Notes: generated by a model from the letters alone, not told the origin. A stretch of 64,000 nucleotides of DNA from Eledone cirrhosa (GCA_964016885.1 OZ024741.1:225804001-225868000), one strand, 5' to 3'. Counted from the stretch's first letter, positions 44,857 to 59,514 are shown. Translations and numbers: made by a program.

Positions 44857-47544
44857 CTACAAGGAAAAATGAATATATAATTTGAACGCGGGGAAGAGGA
44901 GAAAGTTATGAACACATTTCTTTAGTATTGCGGTTAATAAGTTTTGAAAAGAAATACATTAATTGTACATCACAAAAAATTATACAAACGAACAAAGAGA
45001 TCAACATTTTAATCCATGCAACACTGGGAAGTCCCATACCGCCATATTACACATGAATCATATTCTCTATAATGTCCCACGCATCTGATGTATTTATCTC
45101 AGTAAAATATTTAGCAACCCCTTTCCGATTGTTTTAGGTTTAACGTGATCAATGATTCGATGTTTGAGAAGACAAAATATTAAGGTATGTGCTTTAGAGA
45201 GGTGCACTTCTGGTTAGAAATATTTAAGCAAAATACTTCGTTTGAAATATATGGAGCGGTACATACAAACAGTAGGGAAGATGGCAAGTGGAAAGATCTA
45301 TAAATCATGTAGGTTTAAAGTGTTCAAGTAAATTCATCAGAACAGGAATTAGTCGTAGTCAATGTAGCTTATAAAGTCGGCGAGTTAGGAAATTATTAGA
45401 GCGGCGGATATAATGTCTTCCAGTAATTGATACGTTCTGAGTTCAAATCCCGCTGAGGTCAATTTTGCCTTTCATCATTTTGCGGTGGGTGGTACTGGTG
45501 TTCATTCCTCTTTATTTCGCGCGCTCTCTGTCTCTCTCTTTCTCTCTTTCTCCTTCTCTTCTCACTCACTTTCCGCGGGAAACCGGCTATGTTCAGGCTT
45601 AGAGAAGGATGTATTTTTTCAGTTTTAGTAGTCCATCACCGTGCCTTTATAATTCCAATGCAACGTTATGTAATACGTATTGCCGTAGTTAATCAAGATA
45701 TAAGGAAAGGACACACTAGACTTTGGACTAGTGATCACACAGGCATGTTTATTATCCACACATCATTTCTTTAATACCACATTATATCATGTTTTCTCCC
45801 GGTCCCCTTAGGATGATAGGTTGTGATTTGATGAAATTGGGCTACTATTTCTGACAGGCTTGTGATGAGTGACGGTTTCTCTATGTAACAGATGATCTTT
45901 GCCTGATTGCATACAGAATGTGAGTAGGAGTTATATTGTTTAAAATATATAAAAAATTCTCTATGTTTCCTATAATTGGATATTTTATATACATTCGTTG
46001 GAGTCGAAGCTATTTTTTTACCTTGGAAGTGGAACTGAAATTTTAGTGATGGATCTGTGATTTTAGTATACTGTATTTTATTGTAAAACTACTTGACTCG
46101 GACATAAAATAGTATTTACCAATTTGCTAATAATATATCCAAAATTAGTATGGAGGTCATATAGAATAAAGTAAGTTTCAAATATTCTCTAGACCAGGCC
46201 AATTTCACTTTACTTAGGCCATCTAAGCTTTCTATTTCACTAAAACACGATTCCTTTGTACCTAATCAAAAGTAAAACAATACCACTTTTTAATTTCATA
46301 TAAATGAAACCGGAGATGTTTAATGAAATATGAAATTAGAAATGTGGTTGTTCTAAACGAAAATGGAAACTCTATAGAGTTACCTTGTAGAGAATATGTT
46401 GGCGGTATAGTACCTGTTGTTTAAAACACGTCATATATTGGTGCCGACGTAAAGTGACCGTAAATACATTCGTATATCTGTATGGACCTATAACTCCTGT
46501 AGGGACGCTGTATGGTACTTTAAATCTGACAGAGCCCATCCCATTCGAAGTCTGATCACAGTCGATGTATTCCAAAGATGAAAAGAGTTTGATAGAGAAA
46601 AAATCGACTACCGTACTAGACTGATACGTTTTTATCGACTTGGAAACGATGAAAGTTGGCCTCAGTAGGATTGTCACTCAGAGCGAAGAGAGCCAGAATA
46701 CTGCAAAGCAATCTATCCGGCATTTTAACAACTCTACCAATTCGCCGCCCTTCCTAAATACATTCAGAATTGAAGAAACCCATTTTTAAAGAGAATTGGC
46801 AATACCAACTAACAGAAATGCCTTGCAGCAGTAATCGAAACTCGATTGAACTAGAGTTCGTCAACAAGAATATAGGTTCAGGTATTTTGTAATGAAATAT
46901 ACGTTTATTTTTAACTAGCACAAAGGACTTTCATTATTGAGAAAGGTGGGTGTAAGATAGTGTGAGGATAATTGGCGGTCTCAGCTGTTAGTGATGAAAT
47001 ATTGATTAACCAACTTTGACGTGACTTTACGTACAATCTACTTTCTTTCTGATATCTCGTAATGATACTTCACTTTTATTTAATTCATCAACGGAAGAGG
47101 GTGTTGAGAACCTAACATCAGTTAATCATTTGATTGTTACTGATTAAATGCAGCGTCAAATTGGTTCATGTAGAAAATTCGAGATTTTAAGATAATAATC
47201 ATGATCTCTACTAAGAAAGTGGATGAAGTTTTTGATTAGGTTTATGTTCATTGTTAACTTTCACACAGTATCGCGATTTGTGTAACAAAGCAATTAGCGT
47301 AGAATGGCCTGCCTTTTCAATAATTCAACCAACAAATAAGCATGTATATTTTTACACAATGTTCTTAATACAAACCACAAGAACAGTAAATCAAGGTATT
47401 ATCTTATGTGACAGTGCTTACCGGATAGTTGAATCTAAAAGATTACAGTTCAAAACTAAACACACACAAACTCACGTCTATATGTACAGATATGGTCACA
47501 CACACACACACACATTTATGTATATATATATACATATATATATA

Positions 47545-48052
47545 AATTGAAATAAAATGAAAACGAAATTTCATTTCTCACTCTTAGTATGGCACTTACT
47601 TAAATGTAAGTATGCATTATACGTACATACATATATGTATACAGACGTACAGTAGCATGCATATATATATATATATATATATACATACATATGCACACAG
47701 GTACACATACATATATGCACGTATCAGTTTAGCGGATGCTTATTATAACGCCGCTTTGTTCGTTTGTAAACAAACTGAACAGCCTGAATTTATGCCATAC
47801 GGTGTTAAGGCAACCACGTCACCTTTTTGTTCAACACTGACACAGGAATGATGTACTAGTTTCAAGCTTGTTAGCTATCACCAGCACCGTTTACCCATCA
47901 GATGGTTGAACAAAAAGGTGACGTGGTTGCCTTAACACCGTATGGCATAAATTCAGGCTGTTCAGTTTGTTTACAAACGAACAAAGCGGCGTTATAATAA
48001 GCGTCCGCTAAACTGATACGTGCATATATATATGTGTACCTGTGTGCATATG

Positions 48053-48104
<52 letters not shown>

Positions 48105-48157
48105 TGCTACTGTACGTCTGTATACATATATGTATGTACGTATACATGCATACTTAC
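47545..48157 (-). mobile_element. Family C fold-back insert
   Basis: Arms at about 47607-47834 and 47906-48157. The spacer holds an HHR. Confidence 0.78.
47848..47890 (-). ncRNA. Family C HHR with a mutated core
   Basis: Minus strand: acggtg CTGGTGA tagctaacaagctt GAAA ctag TA catcat. Confidence 0.65.
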
Positions 48158-48248
48158 ATATATATATATGTGTGTCTAATGGTAGCTAAGATGGTTCCAT
48201 GGGCGGTATGCCGGTTGAGAAAGAGGATATGATCCGAAATCAATAGAC

Positions 48249-48336
48249 GTGTCCGAGGAACCTGTGAGCCTAGAGTGACATAGATCCACACATGGATCGC
48301 ACCTCGGGCTGTTCGCGGGGGAAACAATTGTAACAC
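48249..48336 (+). ncRNA. Family B HHR with CCGAGGA core and 61-nt stem II
   Basis: gtgt CCGAGGA a cctgtgagc...gttcgcgggg GAAA caattg TA acac. Confidence 0.7.
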
Positions 48337-48409
48337 ACAATAAATTGGGTTCCGATGCACCACTGATTTTTCGTTTTCCATCCTCTCTCTCTCAATATAT
48401 ATATATATA

Positions 48410-48625
48410 CAGGAACGATCGACTTTCGTCAAATCGGACCGAGGGAACAATGTTTCCGTTCGTCTTTCCAATTGCTAATACTATCTATCGGTCGCAACTC
48501 CAGGTAGAAGGAGCAACGTGAAATAAAGTGTCTTGCTCAAGGACATAACGCATCGCCTGGTCCAGGAATCGAACTCACAACCTTACGATTGCGAATACAA
48601 TTCTCTAACCACTCAGCCACACGCC

Positions 48626-48628
<3 letters not shown>
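48410..48628 (-). mobile_element. tRNA/CORE-like SINE in (TA)n
   Basis: Homologue of 17298-17503. A related plus-strand copy lies at about 50772-50975. Confidence 0.75.
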
Positions 48629-48685
<57 letters not shown>

Positions 48686-48686
48686 C

Positions 48687-48720
<34 letters not shown>

Positions 48721-48900
48721 ATGCATATATAATTTAATATAGAAATCGCTTCTACAAGACTAAAACTGTTTCATTCAAAGGAAATCATCATCAATATTAA
48801 TGTATTGAGTACCTTACTTACTGTGATCAGCCCTGATTGAACCCGGGGCTCTGTATCTCTCTCTCTCATACACACACACACACACACACACTCACACACC

Positions 48901-48945
<45 letters not shown>

Positions 48946-49377
48946 TAACATTTTTTATTTGAAAACGTGTGTTCAAACTAATATTGTTATACTTTGGGAG
49001 GGTAATGGTGCCAATAAAAGCACTCGCACCTCTTGATTTTCACTTCAAATTATTATAAATTTTCGGTTGGTAGGTTCGTTCGATAATCGGATGGTTGTTT
49101 ATATATTGTGAAAGCTCTTTCGTTACACTGTGACCTCCTCAGTGAATAGGTTTTTATTTTGTGTCACTCCTTTGTTCTGTCTTACACCATCTTATGGTGT
49201 AGGACAGAACAAACGACCCTATTAATATTCGATCATAATAAATAATTGAGGAGAAATCAGTTACAATACCCAGCCTCCATTACATGATTGTTGCTAGTTC
49301 TAAAAAATATATCTATAAAATAAATCATATACTTCATATACTAAACTCGATCACCAGTTAAATCAATCTTAATAAAT

Positions 49378-49820
49378 GATGGTTTCTGATATAGGCACAA
49401 GGCCAGCAATTGTGGAGGAGGGGAAAATCGATGAAATTGACCCCAGTGCGTGAATGGTACTATTTTATCGACCCCGAAAGGTAAGCTAATCTCGACGAGA
49501 TTTTTACTCAGAACGTAAAGGCCGTAACACTATGCTGCAAAGCATTTTGTCCAACACCCTATCAATACTGCCTATCTACCGCCCTTAAACTTAATAAATA
49601 ATGATTTCTACTAGAGGCACAAGGCCAGCAATTTGGGGAGATGGGAAAATCGATTAAATCGACCCCAGTGCATTACTGGTGCTTCATTTATCTATCCCAT
49701 AAGGATAAAAGGTAAATTTAACCTCGGTGGGATTTGAAATCAGAGCGCCAAGGGCAGTAACTCTATACTGCAAAGAATGGCGTCCGACGATCTTCCGATA
49801 CTACGAAATCCATCGCTCTT
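49378..49820 (-). mobile_element. Two tandem Deu/Nin-like SINEs
   Basis: Same motifs as above on the reverse strand. Confidence 0.72.
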
Positions 49821-52694
49821 AATCTTAATAAATAATAAAAACAAAATTGATTACGCTAAAATGGTGACGAGGATTTGAGAAAAAATGCGAACGACTACAA
49901 ATGACTTCCTTTGCCAAGATATAGGGTTTTCTTTTACGTAATGTTCTGCAGAAATGTTATTGCTTTGTATTGAGATTAAGTGACAGAACAATTCCCTTTA
50001 TTGTAATTTCGTTTTCAGTTGCATGTTGATCTCTTCTTTACGTCGACTTCCATATATTTCCATGAATATTTCTAAAGAATATTGATCAGAAAATTCTGAA
50101 AAGCGGTGGAAATAATTTGCAGTACACTTGAAGATTTCTTCAAAATAATTGGAGAAAATAGCAAAAACTATTTTGATGTTGGATAGAATTATATCATATT
50201 CACAATTTTCAGCATTTGGTTACAAAATATTTCCCAATGTCTATTGAGATTCGTCGAGAATTATTTAATTGGTATTTCATTATATTCTTAAACATTTATT
50301 GCCCTTGTAATATTTGAAGAAAATAATAGTAATATCGATTTCAAGAAATAAAATGAATGAATGCATTTACTTTTTATTCGCAGCTATTTATTATTAATTT
50401 TCATTAGAGAAATAACTACTTTGATTAAATTTGAAAATAGAATGATCGGGTAGCATAAAGCAATGCGTTACTCAAATATTAAATATTGCCTTTGGGATTC
50501 CGCGAAGCGAAGTAATTTAATTTTTGTCAAATCGAATTATAAGACTAAAATCTGTTAGACAGACACATATCTGCAGTACAATCTCCAACAAAAATTATTT
50601 AATCATGTTTAGTAAATCAACGGCACTCTACAGTTCATGAATATTTTATGGAAAAGCCAAACATACTTGAACGGACTTTATATACCAACGGAACACGATG
50701 TTTATGACACATTATTTTCTGCACCATGTTTTTTAAATTGTATTAATTATGTGCTAAATAGTATGTTAATAAATGCGCGTGGTTTAGTGGTTAGAAAGTT
50801 GGATTCGCAATCGTGAGATTTCCAGTTCAATTCTCGGACCGGGTGATGCCTTGTGTCCTTGAGCAAGAAACTTTATTTCACGTTGCTGCTTCTGCCAGGA
50901 GTTGCAACCGGTAGATAGTATCAGCAAAGGAAACAAAGTTTCCTTGGTCCGATTTGACAAGGTCTGGATCCTTGTCAATTGGTCAGAGCGAGTAAGTTGG
51001 TCGTATATATTCTGTACGATTTATACATTTCGTACTATGTCGTTAGGTTTTTGTGGAGCCAAATTTGTGACGCATATTCAATACCTAGTCGAGCCATTGT
51101 ATATGTAATTACCGTTTGGAGAGCAACGAATTCCGACCAGATGGATTTTTCTAGACACATTCCATGGATATGCTTTCATGTAATAACATAGCTTTGAAAA
51201 AAAGGGTTATGGTTACATTTTAAGGGCTTTAGTCAATTAAAGAGCCAAGCAATTAAAATACTAGCAGCAGATGCAATGCTTCAAATTCACTACTGAACAT
51301 GTACTATATTTTCGACAATGGTCATATTTTCATTGCTTTAGTTTACTTAAACCCTATAGATATTAGATCTTTCGGGAATGTTGCTTTGAATATAGTGGTT
51401 CGTGGGATAATTTTAATGGGATAATCCATCATTTATATGTTAAATGCTACAGAATATGACGTTAAACATTGATTCTGTTGACTCTAATATTATAGCTCAT
51501 AGAGATATTTTATTTAACGATTTGATATTAGAGAAAAGAACAATTAAACAGTCCTGGTTTCACTATTTAATCACTGATGTTTAGGACGTTGGTAGTAACC
51601 ATAATAATAAATTTATAGTGTGAGGATTTTACCCAATACAGTTTTCGTTTGCTGCTGGCTACAGATGACAGCACCAGATTTATGGTTACCCGGCGAAAAA
51701 TATTAAGAAATGGATTAACATCCGATGGAAGTTAATTATGTCTCGCAGGCAAATGATGAGCTTTGCAATCCTAGTTGCTTGGCAGTCACCTAGATATGCT
51801 GCCATAATATAAATACTGGTTGAGGCTCAACTGTAGTCTATACATGTTAAGCAGTGATGCACGCACTTTTACGAGATATGTTTGAAGAAAAATTAATTGT
51901 CTGGGTTCAATTAGCCTGAAGTAATCGGCTTAAAACTAATGCAGAATTGTCAGTTTAGAAGAGACGTCGCGAGGTTTGTCTCGACCAAAGTCGCCAAATG
52001 AATGAAATTATATTTATGAGAATTATTATAGGATACTTAAAATGTCCATAGTGTTAGACAGAAATTATAGTGCACTATATAAAAAAAACCATCATTTATG
52101 ATATGCAATTTCATCCTTCAATGTTACAAGTTCAGAAAAGTGTCATTTGATAAAAATATGTATCGATAATAAACAAGGAATCGATTCAGTCTCAATCCGT
52201 TATACGATATAAGATATTGAGTTTTACTGAAGAAATTGGTTTTCTGTCATATGGAAGCATATCGTAATAATCATTTCCAATCTAGGAACACAGCAATTTG
52301 GGGAGAAGGAAAATTCAATTAATTTGACGCCATTACTAGGTACTTTATTTTATTGACCCCGGGAAATGAAAGCAAATTTATGTCGGCGGTATTGAAACGA
52401 GAACATAAAGAGCCGGAACAAATATCGCAAACACATTTTGTCCGACGACAAGCCACCGCCCTAGCCTATCGTAATATTATACTTGTTAAAATATCTCAAA
52501 ACATGCGATTGTTATTCTGAAAACCTTTTAGCAGTTACCGATGGATGCAACATATGGGTGGCATCAGCTTAAACGGCTTGTGCAAGGTTATTAATATTCA
52601 TGTGTGTTGACAGCGCATATCATGCAAAAAGGAATCCAATACAGCTGGTTATAAACAAATGGAGGTTTTGATATATATATATATATATGTATAT

Positions 52695-53625
52695 ATTTCG
52701 TTTCTGAATTTGTTTAGCAAGATTCTCTATCTGAAAACGTGTGTTGAAACCGATATTGTCATACTTTGGGAGGGTCATGTTGCCAATAAGAAACACACGC
52801 ACCAGTTGCTTTCAATTCAATGTATTATAAAATAAATTTATAAATTTATAAATTTCCGGTTGGTTGGTTGGTTCCACAACCGGACGGCTGTTCATATATT
52901 GTCAAAGTTCTTTCGTCACGTGACTGTGGATTATTTTCTTTGTTTTGTGCCTCTCCTTTGTTCTTTCCTACGCCATCTTGATTTTGTGTGTGTTGTGTGC
53001 TTAGTTTGCGCGTGTGTTACATCCGGGTGGCTGTGTGTGTTTTTATTTGTTTATTTATTTGTTTATTTACATGTTACTAGTTGGTTGTTTGTTCTATGTG
53101 TGTGCGTTTTCATTTTGTCCTTAATTGTAAGTTGTGATGTTGCTATTCCATTCATGTTTTCTATTTAATTTTGGTTGGAGTTCATTTATGTTTATTGCCT
53201 CTGTGATTTGTCTAAACATTGCGTCTTTTCTGTGTGTAGATTTTATTTTTATTTCTATATTCTCTAATTTTCCTTTATGTTCTATTTTAGCATGTTGGTG
53301 GAGTACAGATGATTCTTTTTTATCTTGAAGCTCTCGCCAGTGTTCATTTAACCGTTCTCCTATACTACGAGCTGTCTCACCTATGTACACTATATTCTTA
53401 TCTTTACATTGTCCTTCAGTACATCTTATGCTATATACTACATTTCTAGTTTTACAGGGGGCTTAGTTTACAGATTATGCATTTCTTACTATGCATTTCT
53501 TATTTTGGAGATCTTTGAAAAGGGTATGTATTACTAATAAGTGTTTTTATGGAGGTACTTGGTCTTTCTACTATCTTAATATTAAGTTTAAATTTATCTA
53601 GGGCTCTTCTAAATTTGAAAGCTAA
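52695..53625 (-). mobile_element. PLE 3' fragment (GIY-YIG endonuclease and 3' UTR) in (TA)n
   Basis: VVYSIRC...YIGETARSIGERLNEH...RQITEAININELQPKLNRKHEW. A homologue of the UTR lies at about 48945-49200. Confidence 0.87.
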
Positions 53626-53626
53626 T

Positions 53627-53756
<130 letters not shown>

Positions 53757-53800
53757 ATATATATATACATATATATATAATATATATATGTATATATATA

Positions 53801-54150
53801 TATAATAGAATATAAAAGTAAAACGAACACAGATATATAGATATAAGTGTTCAGATAGTGAGGGACCTAATTCGCTAAGGTGAAAGGAATACTAACTATA
53901 GACAATTCCGGTTTATATTTATTTTCTTAATTTTTTCTTAAATTGAGACAGGTAAACCCTATTGTCTATAGTTAGTATTCTTTTCACCTTAGCGAATCAG
54001 GTCCCTTACGGTTTGAACATATATATCTATATATCTGTGTTCATTTTTCTTTTATATTCTAGTATAATATACGGCTCAGAAATATCTCTTTCTTAGAGCT
54101 ATTTTGTTGTAAGAGACTATTTTGAGTTCCTAACTCAATATATACCTTTA
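53801..54150. mobile_element. Fold-back insert (family E) in (TA)n
   Basis: Imperfect inverted arms at about 53801-53906 and 53961-54066, plus a unique tail. Confidence 0.6.
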
Positions 54151-54418
54151 ATATATATATATATATACATATACTTGTACATACATATCTACACTCACAC
54201 GCATACTTATACGTACATATTTATGTGTGTGTGTGTATACATATATAAATATACTTTAAATACAAAAAATGTATATATAATTACGCCATATGTATCCAAC
54301 GATTCTTGGCTCAAAATTTCTTGATGGAGTTATATAATAGGCATTTAAAAATAGCGAACCCTATCCAACTCAAGAATACAACACAGACACACAGACACAC
54401 ACTCTCACACACAAACAA

Positions 54419-54451
<33 letters not shown>

Positions 54452-54491
54452 CAAGAATATATATAAGAATAGACGTATACATATTTATACG

Positions 54492-54526
<35 letters not shown>

Positions 54527-55193
54527 TATATATACAACGTTCATTTTCATAAATGCTCAAAGTCAGCTTCAATGCAGAAGTTTTGTCTGTGTTTATAAAT
54601 ATTTATGCTCTGACAGCATACATCTTGTAAATATGAACCATAATAAATGGTATATTTTATATCTCCTTCATGTTTTAATATTCCCTGCATTAAATATGCT
54701 GAGACCCACTTACCTACCCACTGAATCTTACGCAGTAAGGAACACGAGCAACGATTTATATCTATTTGACAGCTTTTATGTGGCTCTTGTAGTGGTCATA
54801 AGTGCTGGATTTGTATATACAAATATTGATATGCAAATAAATGAAATGTATACGCACTGGAAATATTTAGATACAGTGGAACCACGACCGCCTTGAATCA
54901 CGAAAAATCGTTTTACTAACAAATTTTCCTAACATAAAACGTCTCGGTTCACGATCGGTGTCTCAAGTACGAACTCGCAGGCGGGCAACAACGGTTAGCA
55001 ACAAGCTTGCAATGGGGGGGGGGGGGGGGCAAGCGTCAATTTAGTTAGGTGATATAGTGATAGATATATATATCTATCTTTCGAATACAGTCTCTCTCCA
55101 TCACTGTATTTCTCTATCAGCATTTCGGATGGGGAAAATAGTTTAGCTTTACGAACACTTTGGGTGCGACGAACATTCATACGTGTGTGTGCG

Positions 55194-55302
<109 letters not shown>

Positions 55303-55370
55303 AGGCATACGCACACACGAAGCCATGCTCAGATTTATATTAAACTCTGATTTATATTAAATTTTTACAT

Positions 55371-55497
55371 ACCCGAAATATATATAATTGTTTCTACTTT
55401 TGGTACAAGGCCAGCAATTATCCCCCTGTATTACTGGTACTTTATTTTATCGACCCCGTAAGGATGAAAGGCAAAGTTAACCCGAAATATATATAAT
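55371..55497 (-). mobile_element. 5'-truncated SINE with an 18-bp target-site duplication
   Basis: acccgaaatatatataat at 55371-55388 and again at 55480-55497. Confidence 0.8.
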
Positions 55498-55646
55498 GAA
55501 ATAAATAGAGATGTTATAAAGTTATACCTTTCATTTATTACTATTATTATCATAATACTCCAGATAAGTATTACAGTCGAGTGCTTCGTATCTGTTATGA
55601 ATAAAACTCAGTTTTATTACATGTCAACGAAGCCTTTAACTCATTG

Positions 55647-55701
<55 letters not shown>

Positions 55702-56270
55702 CCTAGGAGCGTTTCTCATAAAAGTAGAGAGAGTTTTACACAGCAGGTCTCCAGGTAAAGGATAGGAGACTTGCTGTGTACGACTTAGCCTCCTTTTATG
55801 AGAAATTCCCTCAGATGATATATACTTAATATTTTTTAAATGGCATCAACAATACATTTTTTGAATACACGTGTTTCACTTGTAGGAACTAAATATACCC
55901 TCTCAGCTCTTCCCAAACTTTTGAATTGAAAGACTGCATTTACATCGTCTCAGTGAAACACGTATTCGGAAAATGGGCTATTGAAAAGAAATTGTATTAC
56001 TCCCTCGAACTGAGTGCTCCAAAATCCATCTACACTATATATAAATATATATACATATACATATGTTTTTTCCACCACCTGTTTTACCCCCCTTTTAATT
56101 TCAGTTTATTTTGGTCATGCTTTTATATTTAATTTTATTTAATTCCTTGTATTTTGATCATGCTTTATTTTTATTTTTATTTTTAATTTCATTCGCACCG
56201 TTTCCTTTCGCTATATGTCTCTCCACCACTCCCCTACACACCCTTTGAACTCTGTTCCCACACACTTCTC

Positions 56271-56302
56271 ACCTGAGGAAGGGCTTATGCCCGAAACGTC
56301 GT
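56271..56302 (+). ncRNA. Minimal type I HHR
   Basis: ac CTGAGGA a gggc-ttat-gccc GAAA cg TC gt. Predicted cleavage after 56300. Confidence 0.75.
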
Positions 56303-57252
56303 TCCCCACCACCACCCCACTCTCCAGAGCGTGAAATTAATAAACATTCGTTGTACTGCTTCTCTGTTTTGTTCCTGTTCAAATTTTTCCATTATATATA
56401 TATATATATATATATATATAATCTTTTTTTCTTCTTCCCTGAGCCTCACTTTCATATTTCTTATAATTTTGTTTTCAAATCCACATTCAATAAAAACACC
56501 AGGATTTTTTCATTCTTACGACTGAAAGCAGATTTGTTAGCTTTCAAGAAACCACTGGTAAATGAAATAATTATCTTATGTTGTTTATTACTTAACTAAT
56601 AAGTTCTGTAACCTACATAGAGCACTCTTTTTTCTTGGACCTTTCCGACGGAATTACTTCATTTACACACACACACACACACATATATATATATGTGTGT
56701 ATATGTGTGTGTGTGTGTGGGGGGGGGTATATGTGTGTGTGTGTACGTGTGTGTGCCTGTGTGAGCATGAAAGTTTCGAATGCATGTAATATCGCATATG
56801 TTATATGAACGCAGCAGTAGGTATACCTCTAGATATAGGGTTAACGGAATATATATAAATAAGCTGTTGTGTACCAAATGCGGACTCCCTTTGGCATAGT
56901 ATAGCTTCCAGTAGCCACCAAGTCTAAGATAACTAGTAAAGCTATATCGGATGTGCAATTGCGACGAAAGAGTTATCCATTGACCAACGGTGGTAGGTAC
57001 ACGACGCTCGGAATAAAAGATTCACTGAGGTCAATTGCCTGGATCACCAACTCCCGCACTCTGTTTCCACTAACTTCTGTATATCTGGGGGCCATAGATG
57101 GCATTAAACGTACTAAAGATTTGAAATACATAGGGATATATTTATGAAATATGGCGTTCGATTCCTCGTTTCTAATGGCGTTTTACCAGATTTTCTCAAC
57201 TAATATTTATAATGACGAATGTATTACACACACTCACACACACTTACATATA

Positions 57253-57466
57253 TAGGGTGGGCCAGAATTCATGACTCACTTGATTATTTATAGATCTATC
57301 ATAGATCTATAAATCTGTTTGGCATATTAAGACATAAAAATATAAATTAAGAAACCTGTTAAGCATTTTAAGAAATAAAATAATAAATTAAAACAATACA
57401 ATAACAATAAAATAAGCATGTTTAGAAATATAACTAACAAGCGAGTCATGAATCTGGCCCACCCTG
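57253..57466. mobile_element. Tc1/mariner-type MITE
   Basis: TIRs agggtgggccagaattcatgactc and gagtcatgaatctggcccaccctg, with a TA target-site duplication. Confidence 0.8.
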
Positions 57467-58472
57467 TATATGTATATACGCTATCAGTTTTATAAATTGA
57501 ACAAAATACTCATTAACTCAACGTATAATTTGAATATTCCATAGACATGTGGAACTTTATACTATAGAGATAATCCATCCATTGTGTTTCCTTTTACTTA
57601 ATTTGGATCCACCTGAATCTCTAGTAAAAGACATTCTCTCCAGAAATTGTTTAGTGGAATGAAAATCGAGTCTTTCTAATTATGGCTAAGCTTGCGTTCG
57701 ACTAATCCGATTCATCCTCATCTTTGTGTAATTACATTTCTGTTCGAGAAGAAATTACATAGAATGGGAAGTAACTCTGGTTAATAGAGTCCAGGAGAGG
57801 CGATGTAAAATATTTTCAGCGATTTAAAACATTTATGCAAGAATACATTAGTTCTGAATGGCAGAACGTGGAAAATTGTTTTACGTGTGTTTCTGGGGTG
57901 TAGATTAGCCAAGGTTTATTGAAAAGAGGACACTTTTTGGCAAACTATATTATTTTCCATTTAATTTAAAAGTGTGTGTTATTAGATTTATGGCTTAAGA
58001 TATATTTAGACAAAGCATTATCAAATTCATTTGATTTCAAAGTTTGTATGACTAGATTTATGATTCCAGTTATATTTAGACAAAACAGTGCGAGCGCTTT
58101 CAATTCAGTGAGATTTTGGTTATCGTGGTGAGCTCTACTGAGGAACGACTCCAACTGTGACTAATCCCACTGAAAAGTTTCGTGGAATAATCTTTTTAAG
58201 ACTATATAGACCATTTGTAGTGTTTCCAAATTGAAGGATGAGTATTTAAACTTTATTTTATTTTGAGTTAAGACTCTATTGGTTTTTTCCCTGGATTTCA
58301 CAAAAGCTGTGGATAAAATCTCTCTCTTGATTTTTTTTAAATTGAGTTTGAATTATTTTCCCATATCTTACGTTAATTATTTTCCATTTTGACGTTATAG
58401 TCACTTATATATTATGAAATATTGTTGGCTTCTTGCTCACATTAATTTCGCTGTTTTTATTTATATATAAAC

Positions 58473-58533
<61 letters not shown>

Positions 58534-58538
<5 letters not shown>

Positions 58539-58770
58539 AGTAAGTAAGACCCAGACGGCTGAGCTCAAGCCGTTTCGACGGCTAATTCTGTACCGAATTG
58601 GTACAGAATTGGTACCGAATTGGTACCGAATTGGTACAGAATTAGCCGTCGAAACGGCTTGAGCTCAGCCGTCGGGGTCTTACTTACTCCTATTACCCAC
58701 TCTACTACCCTAAGTATTGAGTACTTTGGTGCGTTATGGTCCACCTGGTTCCTTACCACTTTTCCCTCGC
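58534..58770 (+). mobile_element. Family A fold-back insert with 11-bp repeats at the junction
   Basis: Arms at 58534-58594 and 58633-58693. GAAA-CGGCT-tgagctc-AGCCG-TC at 58651-58673. Confidence 0.78.
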
Positions 58771-58832
58771 TATATATATGTATATATATATTATAAACGA
58801 AAAAACAGTGATGCATCTGAACTCAATTTATT

Positions 58833-58920
58833 GTGTTACAATTGTTTCGCCAGCAGACAGCTCGAGACACGATCATTGTATGGATCTGTCTGATTCTGGA
58901 CCTGCAGGTTCGTCGGTCAC
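58833..58920 (-). ncRNA. Family B HHR with CCGACGA core and 61-nt stem II
   Basis: Minus strand: gtga CCGACGA a cctgcagg...tctgctggc GAAA caattg TA acac. Confidence 0.7.
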
Positions 58921-59129
58921 TTGCAATAATTTCGGATCAAATTTTTTCACTGGGGTGTTAGCGTAAAAAAACATCTTCCTCGATTGTCCTGCTGTTGGCT
59001 GTTGTTTTTCTACGTCATCATAAATTCTAACCAATAGTTGCTGTCACACTGGCCATAAGCTGCCCCTCCGCTGACACACTTCATTGAATCCATGCAGGGT
59101 TTGGTATTTTACAAGTCCGCTCGCGCACT

Positions 59130-59167
<38 letters not shown>

Positions 59168-59457
59168 CTCATATACACTCAAACAAATACGCACCTAATA
59201 CCTACATGCCCACGTGAATCTACAAAGATACATACATACCTATATCTGTCCGTACTCAGATATGATATACTCACAGAGTCATATAAATCTACACAATGGG
59301 TTATACAGGGTCATCCATGAAAGGATGCATCTTGTTATACACATGCACACATATAAACAATGTAACCAAATACATTCATCCATACACATAAATGCATGTA
59401 TGCATACACACATATTAATAAATAAATAAGTAAATAAAAAAATAAATAAATGTATAT

Positions 59458-59514
<57 letters not shown>

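Noticed and set aside
52695-52745. Possible HHR at the end of the 52695-53625 PLE fragment (minus strand CAGATAGA...GAAACG)
   Set aside because: The core has an indel and stems III and I are missing; at best a remnant.
54872-54990. TACAGTGGAACC start resembling a pogo/Tigger TIR
   Set aside because: No partner TIR found, so it was not called.
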